In this document: positions 29,171-43,247 of the stretch, piece after piece
Numbering within the stretch: position 1 is the first letter of the stretch
Layout of the letters: each line of letters begins with the position of its first letter
NCBI RefSeq assembly: GCF_016432865.1
Contig: NC_067398.1
Coordinates: forward strand, 652,302,001 to 652,366,000
Origin: Antechinus flavipes
Lineage: Eukaryota
Length of the DNA stretch: 64,000 nt
Direction: 5' to 3'
Translations under genes and position numbers: made by a program
Notes under the pieces: generated by a model
Seen by the model: the letters and a program-made list of their open reading frames with translations, nothing else
Databases searched by the model: none
Told to the model about the DNA's origin: nothing

Positions 29171-31199
29171 TTTGTCATCCCTTTATCTATATTTTGGCTT
29201 ACTAATGGGAGGCATGTGCCTCCCAATGCTCTGTACTACATCAACTTCTACCTCTTCTCTGAAATTTAGTTCTATAGTACTTGGTGCCAGTGAGTATTAG
29301 GATATTTCAAACTGTAAATCCTGGGGCCATAATGATTATACCTAGCATTTTTTTTAATGCTTTAAGATTTGTAAAGCACTTTATACATCTCATCTTTTAC
29401 AGATATCTCAAACTAACTTATAAAACAAAATTCACGATCTTCTCTAAATGTATACCTGTTCCAGACTTCCCTAATTCTATTAAAGATATCATCATTCATC
29501 TATCTATTCAGTTACTGTCCCCTATATCTGGAATGCTCTTCCTCTTTATATCTATCTGCCTCATAGAATCCTCTCTGTTCCTCTAAGACTTAGTTCCTGT
29601 CTGCCATTTACTAGTACTTTTCCTCCTAACTACCTTGTATTTATTCTGCATACACATATTTATGTGTATATACTTGTTTTCTCCCCTCAATATATAGGCT
29701 CCTTGATAAGAGGGATTGTTTAATTTTTAAAAATTTTTTAATTTAAAAAATGTTAAAAATTTAACTCCTCAGTTACTGAGCAAACTGCCGGGCACATAAT
29801 AGGGAAATAAAAAATACCACTTAATTGGCTAATTCATAACTATCTATAGATGATCTGATAGTGTAAGTACTGTTATTTCCTTTTTACAGGTGCAGAGGTG
29901 AAGGGATTTGCCGTGGTCACTCAGTAAATGTCTGACAGTATTCAGACTGAGGTCTCCTGACTGCAAGTGCATGTTTCTTTCACTATAGGGTATCAGGAAA
30001 TAAAACTGGAAACAGGTAGGTTGGGGTCACATGTTGCACTTCTTTCATTGTTTCCCACTTATATGGAAAACCAAACCCTTTTAGAAGACACACCTCCCTT
30101 ATTATTATAGAAGGGGGGGAAAACATCATTGCAGTGACCCAGGCTGACAACCTAGGAGTCTAGAGTCAGAAACTAGGTCAGATGCTGTTATACTACAATA
30201 GCTCCAGTGATATGAGTGCTAAATGGGTACTAACGGTTACTTTTTATGAGTACCATGGGTTAAATCAAGAGACATTGCAAAGATAGTGGTATCATTGACT
30301 GAAAAAAGATTGTCAAGGAGAGGGATCTTCCTCCTTTTCAGGGCTTCCTGCTATCTTTTTTTCCCTTACTCTGAACTCTTTTCTATACTAAGAGACAGGA
30401 AGGAGGATCATAGATATGCTGCTTGATAACTTCAAAATTTAAAAGCATTTTTGCATTATTCTAATTTCCATTTTTAATGGCTTATTAATATTTCTTAAGC
30501 AAAGATCTAATCATGACAACTACTATTCAAAGCTATTAATGGCTCCCTGTTGCCCACTAAAAGTTCAAATTCATTATCTAACATTGAAAGCCCTCATAGT
30601 TGAGCACCTGGCTTTCTAGCTTTATTGAATAGCACTCTTCTTTATGCCATTCTTTGGCCAAATTGGACTTTGCTCCATGTCCCAAACATATCTTAAAAGC
30701 TGTTCTTTGTCTGAAATGATCTGTCCTTTGCCTGTAGATAAGCTCAAATGTTGCTTCCTTGGAAGTTTGCCTTTCCAGACCTCACAAAGGAGTGTAAGGA
30801 GTGTGCTTGTTACCATTCTTGGGCATATATCTTGCATGATTTTGTATTATAACTATGAATATATCATCCCCCCACATCTTTTCTCACTATATACCCTTCA
30901 TAGGGAGAAGGACATTTTTGCACCCACCCCAATGTTCTGCCCATAATAAATATTTTATTAAATTTTCTAGACCCTCTTTGATATTATTTTGTTATTTAGA
31001 CTTAAATTATCTAGAGAATAAGTACCAAAAGTCACCTACTATAGACTTTTCCCCTCAAGTTTTTTGCAAAGATATCTTATTCATCAATCCTAGGATTGTA
31101 GATTTGTAAAACTAGACAAGGCTTAAAAGATAATTTGTCTCAAATCCTCATTTTGTAGTTGAGAAAATTGTCACCCAGAGAGGTGGAGTTATTTGTTTC

Positions 31200-31790
31200 A
31201 GATCACACTGCTTAATCACTCCACGAGCATTCTAAATGTCTTCTCTTTGTGTCAGACACTGTACTGTGCAGGGGTGGGGGTGGGAGGTGTGTGGCATGTC
31301 CATAGATTCTGGAGATGCAAAGACAAAAGCCAGACAGTCCCTGGAGGAACTTTTATTCTATTGAGAGGAATATAGCACCTTCACCCAAAAGAATATATAG
31401 TCTATAAATAAATAAGTGCAGAGTAGTTGGGAAGGGAAGTCACTAACCACCAGAATTAGGAAAAGCCTTTTGAAAGAGATGATACTTAAACTGAACCTTG
31501 AAGGGAGCAGAAGGTTTTAAGAGAGAGAGGTGAAAAGGAGAATGATGCCGAAATAATGGGCAGACTTTATAAGGGCACAGATGGAAGATTTTTGTAAATG
31601 GAAACAATAAATTGGCCATTTGGCTGAAGCATGATGTGAAATAATTCTGGAAAGTAAGTTGGAGTCAGATTATCAAGAGCTTTAAGTGTCAAAAAGGAAT
31701 TTCTTAGAAATAAAAGGGATATCTTGAACAAGGTAATAGTGTGGTGAGATCTTTGCTTTGGGATCTTCCCCACATAAGCTACATAGCTAG
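31200..31790 (-). mobile_element. L2 LINE 3' fragment
   Basis: tgtcagacactgtactgtgc...ggagatgcaaagacaaaa...gtccctggaggaac typical L2 tail. Confidence 0.6.
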
Positions 31791-32939
31791 AATAGGAAGA
31801 GGTGCTCAGAGGCCAAATTCAGTGTTATCACATCACTTTTCTATCTCGTGTCTGTTATTCTGGAATTTGTTCACTTCGAGGAATAATGGGAAGGCAGTTA
31901 GAGTAGATTGAAGCTGATTTTGGGAGGACCTTGAATACCACACCAATTAGTATTTCAATTCACACAGAGACTGTACTGTAGAAAATTGAAAGCCACTGAA
32001 GTTTTTTAGGAGGTATCAAAATGAAGATGCTGTAATATGTTAGGATAGAATCACAAGGGACACGAAATTGGGTTTCCTATATGACCAGAAATGATATTTT
32101 TCTCCCTATTCCATTGAAAGAGATTTCATAATTTTTTTCTAAAACATCAATATTCTATATTAAATAAGATTCCTGAAATTGTTTAAGTAGTCTAAGTCCT
32201 ATTAATATCTTGCTTACTTCCTTTTAGAACATTTACCAATTTAGCATATTCTCCACCTATGATGCTAATGCTGAACTTATTCTTTCTAAGGTCAGTTAGC
32301 AAATTCAATTGCTTTTTTCTGGCCTCACTCCCTGGACATCTCTGAAACATGTCACAAACACCCACTCCTCCCTTTGCTGTTGTGATAGCAGTGGCGTTTT
32401 CTTTCCTGGTTTCTCCTTCCTTTGCGTACTTGACTGGTCCTCACTGAGAGTATTCCTTCCTCAAGAACCTCACTTTCTTCATCAATTCTTTGATGGAGAT
32501 GATCATTATCTTTTAATGCCTTTTGTTGAAATTTTTTTTGTTGTTCAGGGCAGTGGAATTCAATGGTTATAGGGGCTTCTGGTTAGGAAATACTTTGTCA
32601 GAATGCCATAGCAACTATTTTTCCATTTATATGAATAATTGTCTGGGTCAATGAGGGGTTAAGTGACTTGTCCAATGTCATATAAACTAGGAAGATAGGA
32701 TCTGTGTTCAGGTCCTCCTGACAAAGGTCAGTACCACTGTTCCTCCAGATAACTTCAGTGATTCTTTTTTAGGAATCATCTGAAATTTAAATTTGTAGCC
32801 TCAAAACTATACCTGTCCAGTAAACATTTCTAACTAGATATCAATCCAATTGCATAATGCATGATATATAGTGGGGGCTTAATAAATGTTTATTTATTGA
32901 TATAAAATATAATGGGAGGTGGTTGTGTTTGTTAGCTAA

Positions 32940-33650
32940 TTTGAAATTGGCCTCAAAATGGGGCAGATTACTAATACATTGTTTGGTTTCTTTAAAAATT
33001 CAGAAAGATGTTCATAGGCTAGAATAGTGGGCTAAAACTGACAAAATGAAATAAGAATAAAGAAAAATGAGAAGCTGTGTAACATAATAGAGACTCAGCC
33101 TTAGTCAAAAAGACCTGGATTCAAATTTTGCCTCTAATATATACTAGCTATGTGATTGACCCTAAGAAGGTTACTCACTTATCCTTTTAGTGCAATAGGC
33201 AACTCCAACTGATTTATTGATCTGGTAAAAAGGTTTTTATTCCCTTTATCAACAAAATCATTGGTCTGGGAGGACGAAATATTTGTATATGTATGTTCAT
33301 GTATACATGTAAACTTAAATTCAAAATATCTACTACATAAGTTTAAGTTGTACTTGTATTCTTGGTAGAAAGCAGTTCATATGAAACACACCTGGGCCTT
33401 TTGGTGTGGAGTACAAGCTCAACAAGTCAGTTTTATGGTTAAAAGCCTCCAAAATGAACATGGTCTCAGACTACATTAGTAGAAGTATTATGTCCAGAGC
33501 AAGGGAAGGGGTGGATCTACTATACTTAGCCCCAGAGAGACCTTTTCCAGAGTATTGAGCTCAATTAGTAGTATCACATTTTAGAAGGGATGTTAATGGA
33601 TGAGTTCATAGGAGATAACTAGGATGATGAAGGTGTTTGAAGACCCTACT
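32940..33650 (+). mobile_element. CR1/L3 3' fragment with nested MIR
   Basis: gtggagtacaagctcaacaagtcag...gactacattagtagaagta...ttttagaagggatgtt L3-like signature. Confidence 0.55.
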
Positions 33651-33749
33651 GGTGAGAATTTTTTAAAAGCATCTTTATCAATATTACTTTATTTTTTCAA
33701 ATACATGTTTTCCAAATACATAGTTTTCAATATTCTTTTTTTTTTTTTT

Positions 33750-34625
33750 TTAGCATCTGAGGCTGGATTTATTTATTAAAACTTTTTATTTTCAAAACAT
33801 ATGCATGTATAATTTTTCAACATTGACCCTTGCAAAACCTTGTGTTCCAATTTTTCCCTCTCTTCCCCCAACCCCCTCCTCTAGATGGCAAGTAATCCAA
33901 TATATGTTAAACATAGTAAAAATATATCAACATTCATTTTTATAAGACTTTGTACTCCAAATTTTTCTCCTTCCCTTCTTTATCTCCCATCTCCCCAAGT
34001 TAGCAAGCAATCTGATACAGGTTAAATATGTGCAATCCTTTAAAACATATTTCCATATTTGTTGTGCTGTGCAAGAAAAATGAGACCAAACGGAAAAACA
34101 CAAGAAAGAAAAAAACAAACAAAAATGGTGAAAAAGCTATGATTTGATCTACATTCAGCCTCCATAGTTCTGTTTCTGGATGCAGATGGCATTTTCCATC
34201 CCCATTCTATTGGAATTGTTTTGAATCGCCAAATTATTAAGAACAGCCAAGTCCATCACAGTTGGTCATCCCAAAATCTTGCTATTACTATATACAGTAT
34301 TCTTCTGGTTCTGCTCACTACACCAGATGTTCATATAAGTCTTTCCACACTTTTCTAAAATCAGTCTGATCATCATTTTTATAGAACAATAATATTCTGT
34401 TACATTTATATAACATAATTTATTCAGCCATTCTCCATGAGGAACATTCACTCAGTGTTTAGTTCCTTGCTGCTACAAAAAAGGGCTGTCACAAACATTT
34501 TTGCACATGTGGATCTTTTTCCCTCTTTTATGATCTCTTTGGGATACAGACCCAGTAGTGACAATGCTGGATCAAAGGGTGTGCACAGTTTGATAGCCCT
34601 TTGGGCATAGTTCCATATTATCCAT
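33750..34625 (-). mobile_element. LINE-1 3' ends (two nested)
   Basis: Two T-rich tails/3'UTR starts (33750, ~33935) followed by antisense ORF2 end gctggatcaaagggtgtgcacagtttgatagccctttgggcatag. Confidence 0.8.
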
Positions 34626-35024
34626 GTACAATTTTTTTTTTAAAAAATAGGATGTTTAGACCAAAGAAGAGAAAAGATTTGTGGGGAAAGAGGTGTCTTA
34701 AGATATGGGGCACATAGTCATATAGAAAAAGAATTACACTTGTTTGGCATATTATTAGTCATTAGAATCTCCTCAAGTTGTTTCTCTGGTTCCTCTCCTG
34801 AAAAGTGATCTTTCCTTCCTTAGACTATCCTTAAATTTTTGCCTGAACTTCTCCTGTGCCTTTATCCTCTTGTTTCATACTTCATGTGTATTTTATTTAC
34901 ATAAGTCACAGCATTCTATTATAGAATTTTTAAACATTTTAAAAAATTTTAAGTTTCAGTTTTCTTTTCCTTCAGCTTCTCCCTTCATCCATTGAGAAAG
35001 TAGGCAATATGGCACAGCTTTCTT

Positions 35025-35320
35025 TTTTTATTATTTTATTTTTTTAAAGCTTTTATTTTTCAAAACATATACATAGACAATTCTTCAACATTAGCTCTTG
35101 CAAAACTTTATGTTCCATTTTCCTCCCCTTTTCCCCACACCCTCAACCTAGATAGCAAGTAGTCCAATATATGTTAAACATGATAGAAACATATGTTAAA
35201 TCCAATATATGTATACATATTTATGTAATTATTGTGCCGCACAAGAAAAAAAGAGAAGCAAAATAAAATGTAAGCAAACAACAACAAAAAGAGTGAAAAT
35301 GCTATGTTGATGTCACAGCT
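35025..35320 (-). mobile_element. LINE-1 3'UTR fragment
   Basis: Same 3'UTR family. Confidence 0.75.
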
Positions 35321-35969
35321 TTCTTAAAGCAGGACTTATCTTTATAGAATCTCCTATTTCAAAGAGACCTCAGAGACTATCTTGTCTAACTTTTACCAAA
35401 CTTTTACCATGTCTCTAATGAAATGAAATTTGCACAACCTCCTAAATAATTCCTGCAGCTTCTGAGTAGCTTTTATTGTTAGGATGATTTTTTCTAAGAT
35501 CAGAATCAAATGAGGATCATTTGAAAGAAGCTGCTATCTTCCTGAATACATGGAAAGCTGGATCTTCCAGGTGTCTCTTGGCTCCTTTCTGATATCTTCT
35601 GTCTTTTTTTCTTGAGAGCAGAACCAGAGAGTCCGATGGAGCTGAAACTGGGACCATGAGCTCTGCTTCCTTCTTGAAGCCAAATAAAAATAAAAATCCT
35701 GTGTTTTCTGCTTCAAACTTAATTTCTTTCCCCCTTGATTCTTCATGTACCTAATGATCCTCAGGTCCCAGGACTATACATAGCAAAAGGAGATTAAGGT
35801 GACAATCCTTGGAGTAGTGTCGGAATCTCTACCAGCTTTGCCCCATATCATATCTTTGCCCCTTTGGAATACAGCCTCAATGTGGTCATCGTAAGATTCT
35901 GCTCCCCTTCCAGATTCTTCACCATTATAATCACTTATGCCTTAAGGCTCTAGACTGCCCCGAGTCCAT

Positions 35970-37480
35970 GTATTCATTCAAGAGGCAATTAATAAGGACT
36001 TTAGCATACTGTATTCTATACTAGGCATTAGGAGAATAACAAAGTTAAGATAATACATGATCCCTGTCTTCATAAAGTAATCCAATAATTGTACTTCACA
36101 GTATTTTATAAGTATATTAGAGAAGTGCAGTCAGGTACAGTCAGATGAAGGAAATCATTGATGACAAAGAATGAGGGGAGGAGGTGTCAATGGTTGGGGG
36201 GAATGAGAGAAAGCATCCTGAATGGGATGGCATTTGAGTTAAGATCTCTATGGAGGTAAGAAGATATAGGTAAGAAATATGTATATAAATATCATATGTA
36301 ATTATATATATAAATAAACATTAATATTTAGAGGAAAAAAGAGTATGAGCAAAATGGTAAAGTCCAGTATTTATTTTGGAGACAGTTATCCAGTTTAGCT
36401 GGAACCTATGAAGTATATAGAAAGGAGTAATATAAAATAAGGCTGAAAAGGTAAGATAGTAACAGATATTGAAGGGCTTTCAATGGCAGGTTTCAGAAGC
36501 ATCTGAACTTTATTTGGGAGGTACTAAAACTTTTTGAGCAAAGTAGCAAAATTACTAGATATATAAGAGATTATTCTGATGGCATAATGCAAAGATTGAA
36601 AGTATGAGGGAGCGTAAAAAGACCTTGTAGGAGACTACTGAAATATTTTAGGCAGGTGGTGCTAGTAGACCTAGAGTAGAAATGATTACAGATATGTTGT
36701 GGAGGTAGAATTGATTGAGACCTGATAACCTACAAGATATGAGAGATGAGGAAGAGAAAACAATGAGAGATTTTGAATGTGGAAGATGAGGTAAAATATA
36801 ATATAAACAGTGAGAGCAGAATAAAGAGGTAATATAATTTCAGTTTTGGGAGTATGTGGAGATGTATTATAGATATTTGGAAATGGGAGTAGTGAGATCA
36901 AGGCTAAAGATACGTTTTGAGAGTTAAACTTTGAGAGTCAATGGAATTACCAAAGGGGAGAGAGAATTTTGAGGAACATTCACATTAAGGTTAAGTAAAA
37001 GGAGTGAAGAGTTATTAAAAAGGAAGGCGCTATGGTCAGATGGAAAGCTCTTACAGAAATAGGGAACAGAAAATAAGAAATAATGATTTCCCTGAAGTCA
37101 AGGGAAGAAAAACGATCCAGAAGGAAGGGAATTTTAGGCAGTATCAGAAGTTTTAGACTGGGCAAAGAAAATGAAACCTGAAAAGAAGCCAGTGGATTTG
37201 AAACTGGATTGCAGATCAATTTGAAAAGAATTCAGCAGTGAAGGAAGATCTAAAAGGGTTAAAGGTTTTCTTTTTTCTTCTTAAGATGGAAAAGATGTAT
37301 GCATATTTGTAGGTAGATGAGTAGGAAATAGGAAAGGACAAGACTGAAGATAGATTAGTTGGAGATGACTTCTGGAGCAATGTCTTAGTCTTGAGGAGAG
37401 GGAAAGGAAGAGAGAGGGTTTTAATTTTAGTTAGTAGTGAGGATATTCTTCTGTGGTTAGGTTCTGGTTTTATAAGCACT
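35970..37480 (-). mobile_element. L2 LINE fragments
   Basis: Purine-rich L2-like tract starting cattcaagaggcaattaataaggactttagcatactg; boundaries approximate. Confidence 0.5.
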
Positions 37481-38409
37481 GAGCATGTAAGTTTTCAGAA
37501 AAATTTAGAAGTCTAGATCAGAGTTTTCAGACACATGCACAAATGCTCAGAGCCTTTTTATCTTCTGAGCATGCCATTGTACTTTGAATAACTCTAAATA
37601 TTAAGAAGTTTTTCTTTGCCTTTTTTTTCTTTTGGCATTTGAAGATTTTACATGTGGAATGAAGGGGTAATTTGATACTGGGAAAACAAATCAATATAAT
37701 CTTATCGACAAAAGAAAAAAGACTATATGATCACATTATTACAAAGACTTTACATAAAATAATTTATTTGTCTTTGAAAACATTTACAAATGTATGAATA
37801 GAAGAATCTTTTCAGGATATGATAAAAATGTCTCTGAATCCATAACTCATATTATATGGAATGGAGAAAGACTAGAAACATCTTCATTAAAAACCAATGT
37901 TAAACAGTATTGTCACTCTTCCTGTTTCTATTTAACAAAGATTAGAAGTACTAACAAGTATTCCATAAGTCATGAAAAAGCAATTGAATGTGTAACCATC
38001 AGCAGTGAAAATGTTATAGTATCTTTGCTTATAGATAACATGCCTTGAAAACTCTAGACAAGTCAATCAAAAAGTTTTGATTTTAGATATAAAATCCTCA
38101 TTTGCTAGACTTCATTTCCAAATACCAAGAACCAAGAGAAGCTGTTAGAGAAATGATCTTATAGAAATGACAATGGATCAAATGTTTGGGCATTAACTCA
38201 TCAAGATACACAAGACAACTTTACAAAGACAAAATGAGTTTGATAGATCAGGGAAGAAATGAACAGATAAAAGATGTATACCGTCCAAATCCTACTTTGG
38301 ACACCTACCACTTGTGTATCCTTGCTATGTCACAAGTTTTTCTGTTCTTCAAGTTGAATCTGCCTCTTTGTAATTTCCAACCACTGCTCCCTCTGAGGCA
38401 TGAAAAAAA

Positions 38410-38950
38410 ATCTATTAAGTTCTTAGCCAAAATTTAAGATAAACTATGTCTATAGTATTCCTTTGATCTGCCAATCTAGTAATACTCTCAGAAGAGAAAC
38501 TGTGCTTAGTCAAAAAGTATGACCTGCTTTTTGGTGAAATTATGTTACACTTTTGTGATGAGTGCTTCATTTCTAATTGTTTGTTAATTATTCCTACAAT
38601 AAGGAATTGCTTGAGCAGAGGCCACAAGCCCTCATACAAATGCTCAATGATAGCTTCTAAAATTTTGCCAAAAATCAAATTCCAACTCACAGGACTATAG
38701 TTTGCAGTCTGTACTTCCATTTATTTGAAAATAAGGCCGATGATTGCCCTACTTCAGTCTTGTAGCATTTCTCTCATTCTCTGAACTCTTTCAAAGGTCA
38801 CCACAATATCTTAGCAGTTACAACTTCTTTCAGTATCATGGATTGACACCTAGGCATTGTGAAACAAGGTATTTAGACATTCTCTCATGTCTCCCTACTT
38901 CTCCTGGGTATCAGCTACCTATTAATAATTTTTATCCTTCTCAAACCAAA
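38410..38950 (-). mobile_element. CR1/L3 ORF2 fragment
   Basis: Minus frame ANYSPVSWNLIFGKILEAII...ITRLADQRNTIDIVYLKF matches CR1 RT (NYRPVSL...GKILE...VDIVYLDF). Confidence 0.8.
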
Positions 38951-39069
38951 GATCATTGGTAACTAAGTGGTGAAGTAATAAGGTGCTGGACTTATAATCA
39001 AAAAGGCCTGAATTCAAATCCTGCCCTAGATATTTACTAGTCATATGGCTGAGCAAATCACCATTTGCC

Positions 39070-40830
39070 ACTTTAGCTTTTCAATAATATTGCCAAGCAG
39101 AAGTAAGCCATTTTGACTAGTTCTGCTGCAAATTTCTATTACATAACCTTGACTGGGCTCTCACTGCTTCTAGGAATTCCTAATATAACTAACTCCCTTA
39201 TTAACTCACTATCTCACTCTCCACAGCAGCAGTTCTAACAAACTTTTTTATCCTTCCTTAAACATCTCCCCTTCAAATAATATAAGACCCTTACCTCATT
39301 TTACAGAAAAAATTGAGCCCACTCACTGTAAGTTTTTTTTTTTTTTTTTACCCTCATCCTAATCTATTGCCAGATGATTTCTGCTATTCTCCTTTTACCT
39401 GTCTCACTCCTCACTCTGTAGGCTAATCCTATCTGTTCAAGCCATCCCTCTTCTTGTTTCCTTTAGCAGATTGTGTCTTCTTCATCTTCACTCTATCACT
39501 TATTTTCAATGTCTATTGTCCTTTTCCCTACTATCTAAAATATAAATATGAAAAAATCCTAGGTTGACTTTCCATCCCTGCTAACTATCATCCTTCATCT
39601 CTTCTGCCTTTTGTGGTTTAAACTTCTTGAAAATGCCATCTACAATGAATGCTTCCACTTTCCCTCTTTTCACTCTTTTCAGTCTCTTACAATGCAGTTT
39701 CTGACCTCATTATCCCACCAAATCTATTCTCTCCAAAATTATAATGACCTCAGTTCAAATCCAATGGCCTTTTCTCACTCTTCATCCTTAGCTTTTCTTG
39801 CCATTCTAGTCTCATTCAGAGCTTTAGCATTCCCAACACTTTCTTACAGGATTATGCCAAGTATTTGTCTTCATCTTCTGTTATCTTTTCATCTTCCATG
39901 TGTGTCTGTTTTAACATCTAAGTTGGTCTGTGAGTTTCCTTTGAATGCACATTAGTCTCTTTAGATAATTCCCCACTTTTGTGCTCATCAGAATTTTTTC
40001 TCTGCGACTCTCAAATTTTCTTCTTGAGAGCTTCTCGTTCCTCTTAGATGGATTTCCTGTGTAGAATTTCTGTTAATGAAATACTATCCTTTTTCTGAAC
40101 CCTTTGAAATCCCCCCATAAAGGCTATGTGTCACACCATTTTAAGCATTCTTTTCTTTCCCATTTCTCTCCAGGGTTTGACATCATTCCATTCACCCAGA
40201 TTCACAATCATAGTCTTAATGTCCTTGACCCCTCACTATCACTCACCCCACTTATCCTGTTAGTTGCCAAATTTTGTCATTTCTAACTTCATTACTCTTC
40301 AAATGAACATCGCACATACATTACCTTAGTTCAGGTTCTTATCACCTTTCACTTGAGATATTACGAAAATCTTCTAATAGATTTTCCTCGTCATGCTTCT
40401 TCCTATTTTACCCGTTTTCTATAAAACTGCTAAAGCACAGGTCTGTTCTCTCCATCACTCAATAAGTTCCACACCTTTAGGATCTAATATGAAATCCTGT
40501 CTTGGACTTAGAAGGCCCTTCCTAACCTGGCCCGAGTCTGAGCATCAAGCTTTGTTACATAAGGCTCCTCCTTCCGCATTCTTTGGTCCTGTCAGACTGG
40601 CTTTATAACTATTCATCACACAAGACACTCCAGCTCCTGGTCTGTGCCTGCACAGACTCTCCCACGCACATAGAATGCATTCCTTCCTTCCTTATTACCT
40701 TCTCTTCAAATCCTTTGTTTCCTTTAAAACTCAGCTCAAGGGCCACTTTCCATATGAAACCTTTCCTAATGGCCCCAGCTGCTAGTGCCCAATCCTCAAA
40801 ATTACATTGTATTTATTTTGTTTATATTTA
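39070..40830 (+). mobile_element. L2 LINE remnants
   Basis: Pyrimidine-rich L2 ORF2/3' like sequence with deletions; boundaries approximate. Confidence 0.5.
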
Positions 40831-42144
40831 GAATCATAGATAGACCAGTGAACCTGGCACTGTGGTCCCCCCTTTCCCCATTTTTCAGATGTAGAAACTG
40901 AAGCACAGAGAGATTCATTCCCACATCTGGCACCCATATCTAATAAGTATCTGAGACAGGATTTGAATGAGGTACAAGTCCCTCTAGCCACAGCACTCAC
41001 ATCTTGTAGCACTCTCTGATAGGATAGAAGCTCCTCCAGAGTAGGCACTGTTTCCCTTTTGTTTTTGTAGTGCCCCACTAAGCAGAGTGCTTAGGTAAAT
41101 ACTTAATAAATGCTTGCTGGTTAGTACACTGTTTCTCCTTTCTTCAAATCTTGAAGCTAGGGCAGAGGATAAAGAAGGGAGTAAAGCTTCTAGGTAAGAA
41201 ATGCCTCAGCTTCACCTGAAGATCTGAGCTTAAGCAGGAAGGGGGGCAGGGAGGAGAGCTCTATCTTCCAGTGGTTGTATGTCTAAAGGAGGTGACCTCT
41301 ACCAGACTGTAAATTCCATGGGAAAGATGCTTTTTAAAATACCGTGTAAATGAATAATCATTGTATCATGGAAGGCAGATAATATATCTTAACTACATAT
41401 CTCTTCTCATTGCTGTTGTTAATAGGGTTGTATCTTTGACTGTTCAGACAGAAACTCTCCTTTTCATCCCCAGACTCACTTGGTTCTGAGAATCATGTTT
41501 GCAGACATTCACCTTCTCAATGCCATTATACCATTTGTTCCCCTTTCTCTCTCGACAATATCTCTTAAAAACCATTCCCCACTGAAAGCTCATCTTGCCA
41601 TCCTCAGCCAACTTCTATTTTTGCCTGGAAAAAATCCTTATATTCCTTATCCTTAATATTTCTCTTTGGATTCAGTTCCATGCTTTCTTCTTCCTCTTCT
41701 CAATCTTTTCACCCTCCTTAATAAGCTCTCTCCATTTTCTGCATTGTTGCCTGCTCTCTGTGCCTACCAACCTTGGCTTCCCTTTGGTGTCCTCCTTTCT
41801 TTCCTTCTTCTTCCCCTTCTTATCTTCTTTTAGGGATTCCCTTTGTTATCTGTGCCAACCATTTCTTTTTCTATATTTTTTTTAGTCCCTTGGTACCATC
41901 TACCCCATTTTCCTGAATTCCTGTCTGGACTCCCCTGCCCTGTGTGCCAGTCACCCCTCTCTCAGCTGTTTTCCCTGTTCTTCTCTTTCATCCTCTTCCC
42001 CCAGACTGTGAGGATGATTTTGAGATCTGTTATCACCATCTGCTCATGGAAGCAGTCTGCTTTTTTGGGAATGTCCTGTTCTTGCCCTGGCACTTCCTCC
42101 AAGTACAAGAAACTGACATTTACATTTTGTGTCAATTGTTTCAG

Positions 42145-43247
42145 ATTGTGAGCCAAGAACTGAAAACAAGGTGTTGACTCCAAAACAGGACATTTTTAAA
42201 GACATGCAATTAAAGGAAGTGAAATTTGAAAAACTCACAGGAGATGTCCCTCAGGGACCTGAGTTTGGAGAAGGCAATGAATTTGAAGGCAGGCTAGAGA
42301 AACAGTCGAGAAATACTGAAATACTGGAGAAACCAAGTAAGATCTTTTCCCAAGAAAACAATTGTAGACAAGTAACAGTCATCCACAAAATTTCTGCTTT
42401 AGGAGGCAAAGCCCAAGAATATCATGAATTTGAGAAAAGCTTCAGTCCTGACTCCAAACTTCTTCTGCATCCAAGAATTCAAATAGGAGAAAAGTCTCAT
42501 CAGGGTGATACATGTGGCCAAAGCTTCAAACAGAATTCAGATTTAATTAAGCATCAGAAAATCCATGCAACAAAGAAACTTTTAAAAAGTAATGAATATG
42601 GAAAGTTATTCAAAAAGAGTTCAGTTCTTGAATATCAAAAATCTAATGCTGTGTGGAAACCTTATGAATGTATAGAATGTGGGAAAACTTTTAGCCGGAG
42701 CGCAACTCTCCTGGAACATCACAGCATTCATACCGGAGAGAAGCCTTATGAGTGTAGTCAGTGTGGGAAAGCTTTCAGTCATAGCTCTACCCTAATTCAG
42801 CATCAGAGAATTCACACTGGAGAAAAACCTTATGAGTGTAATGAATGTGGAAAAGCATTTAGTCGGAGCTCAAACCTTATTGAACATCATAAAACTCACA
42901 CCAAAGAAAAACCTTATGAATGTATAGAATGTGGTAAAAGCTTCAGCCGGAGCTCAAACCTTATAGATCATCAGAGAATTCACACTGGAGAGAAGCCACA
43001 TGAATGTCATGATTGTGGGAAAGTTTTTAGTCATAGCTCAACATTAATTCAACACCAGAGAATACACACTGGAGAGAAACCCTATAAATGTAATGAATGT
43101 GGGAAAGCTTTCAGCCGGAGCTCATCCCTTATTGAGCATCAGAGAATTCATACTGGAGAAAAACCTTATGTGTGTAATGCATGTGAGAAAGCCTTTAACC
43201 AGCGGTCAGGACTTCTTCAACATCAAAGAATTCATACTAGAAAGTAA
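42145..43247 (+). CDS. Zinc-finger exon of ZNF-B: spacer, 3 vestigial and 7 intact C2H2 fingers
   Basis: tttcag|AT TGT GAG (phase 1, DCEPRTENK, typical KRAB-ZNF spacer). Seven CxxC-x12-HxxxH fingers with TGEKP-type linkers; helices [49 protein letters not shown]. First in-exon ATG at 42204; stop TAA 43245-43247. Confidence 0.95.

Noticed and set aside
35534-35936. Minus frame of ~134 codons with one internal stop (SDYNGEESGRGAESYDDH...KLSLKQKT...)
   Set aside because: No protein family recognised, and frames this open are expected by chance in 64 kb. A tBLASTn/BLASTx hit would be needed to call a processed pseudogene.
37489-37572. CTGAGCAT/ATGCTCAG repeated three times, including a 9-bp hairpin
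   Set aside because: Short, at the edge of an L2 remnant, no further context.
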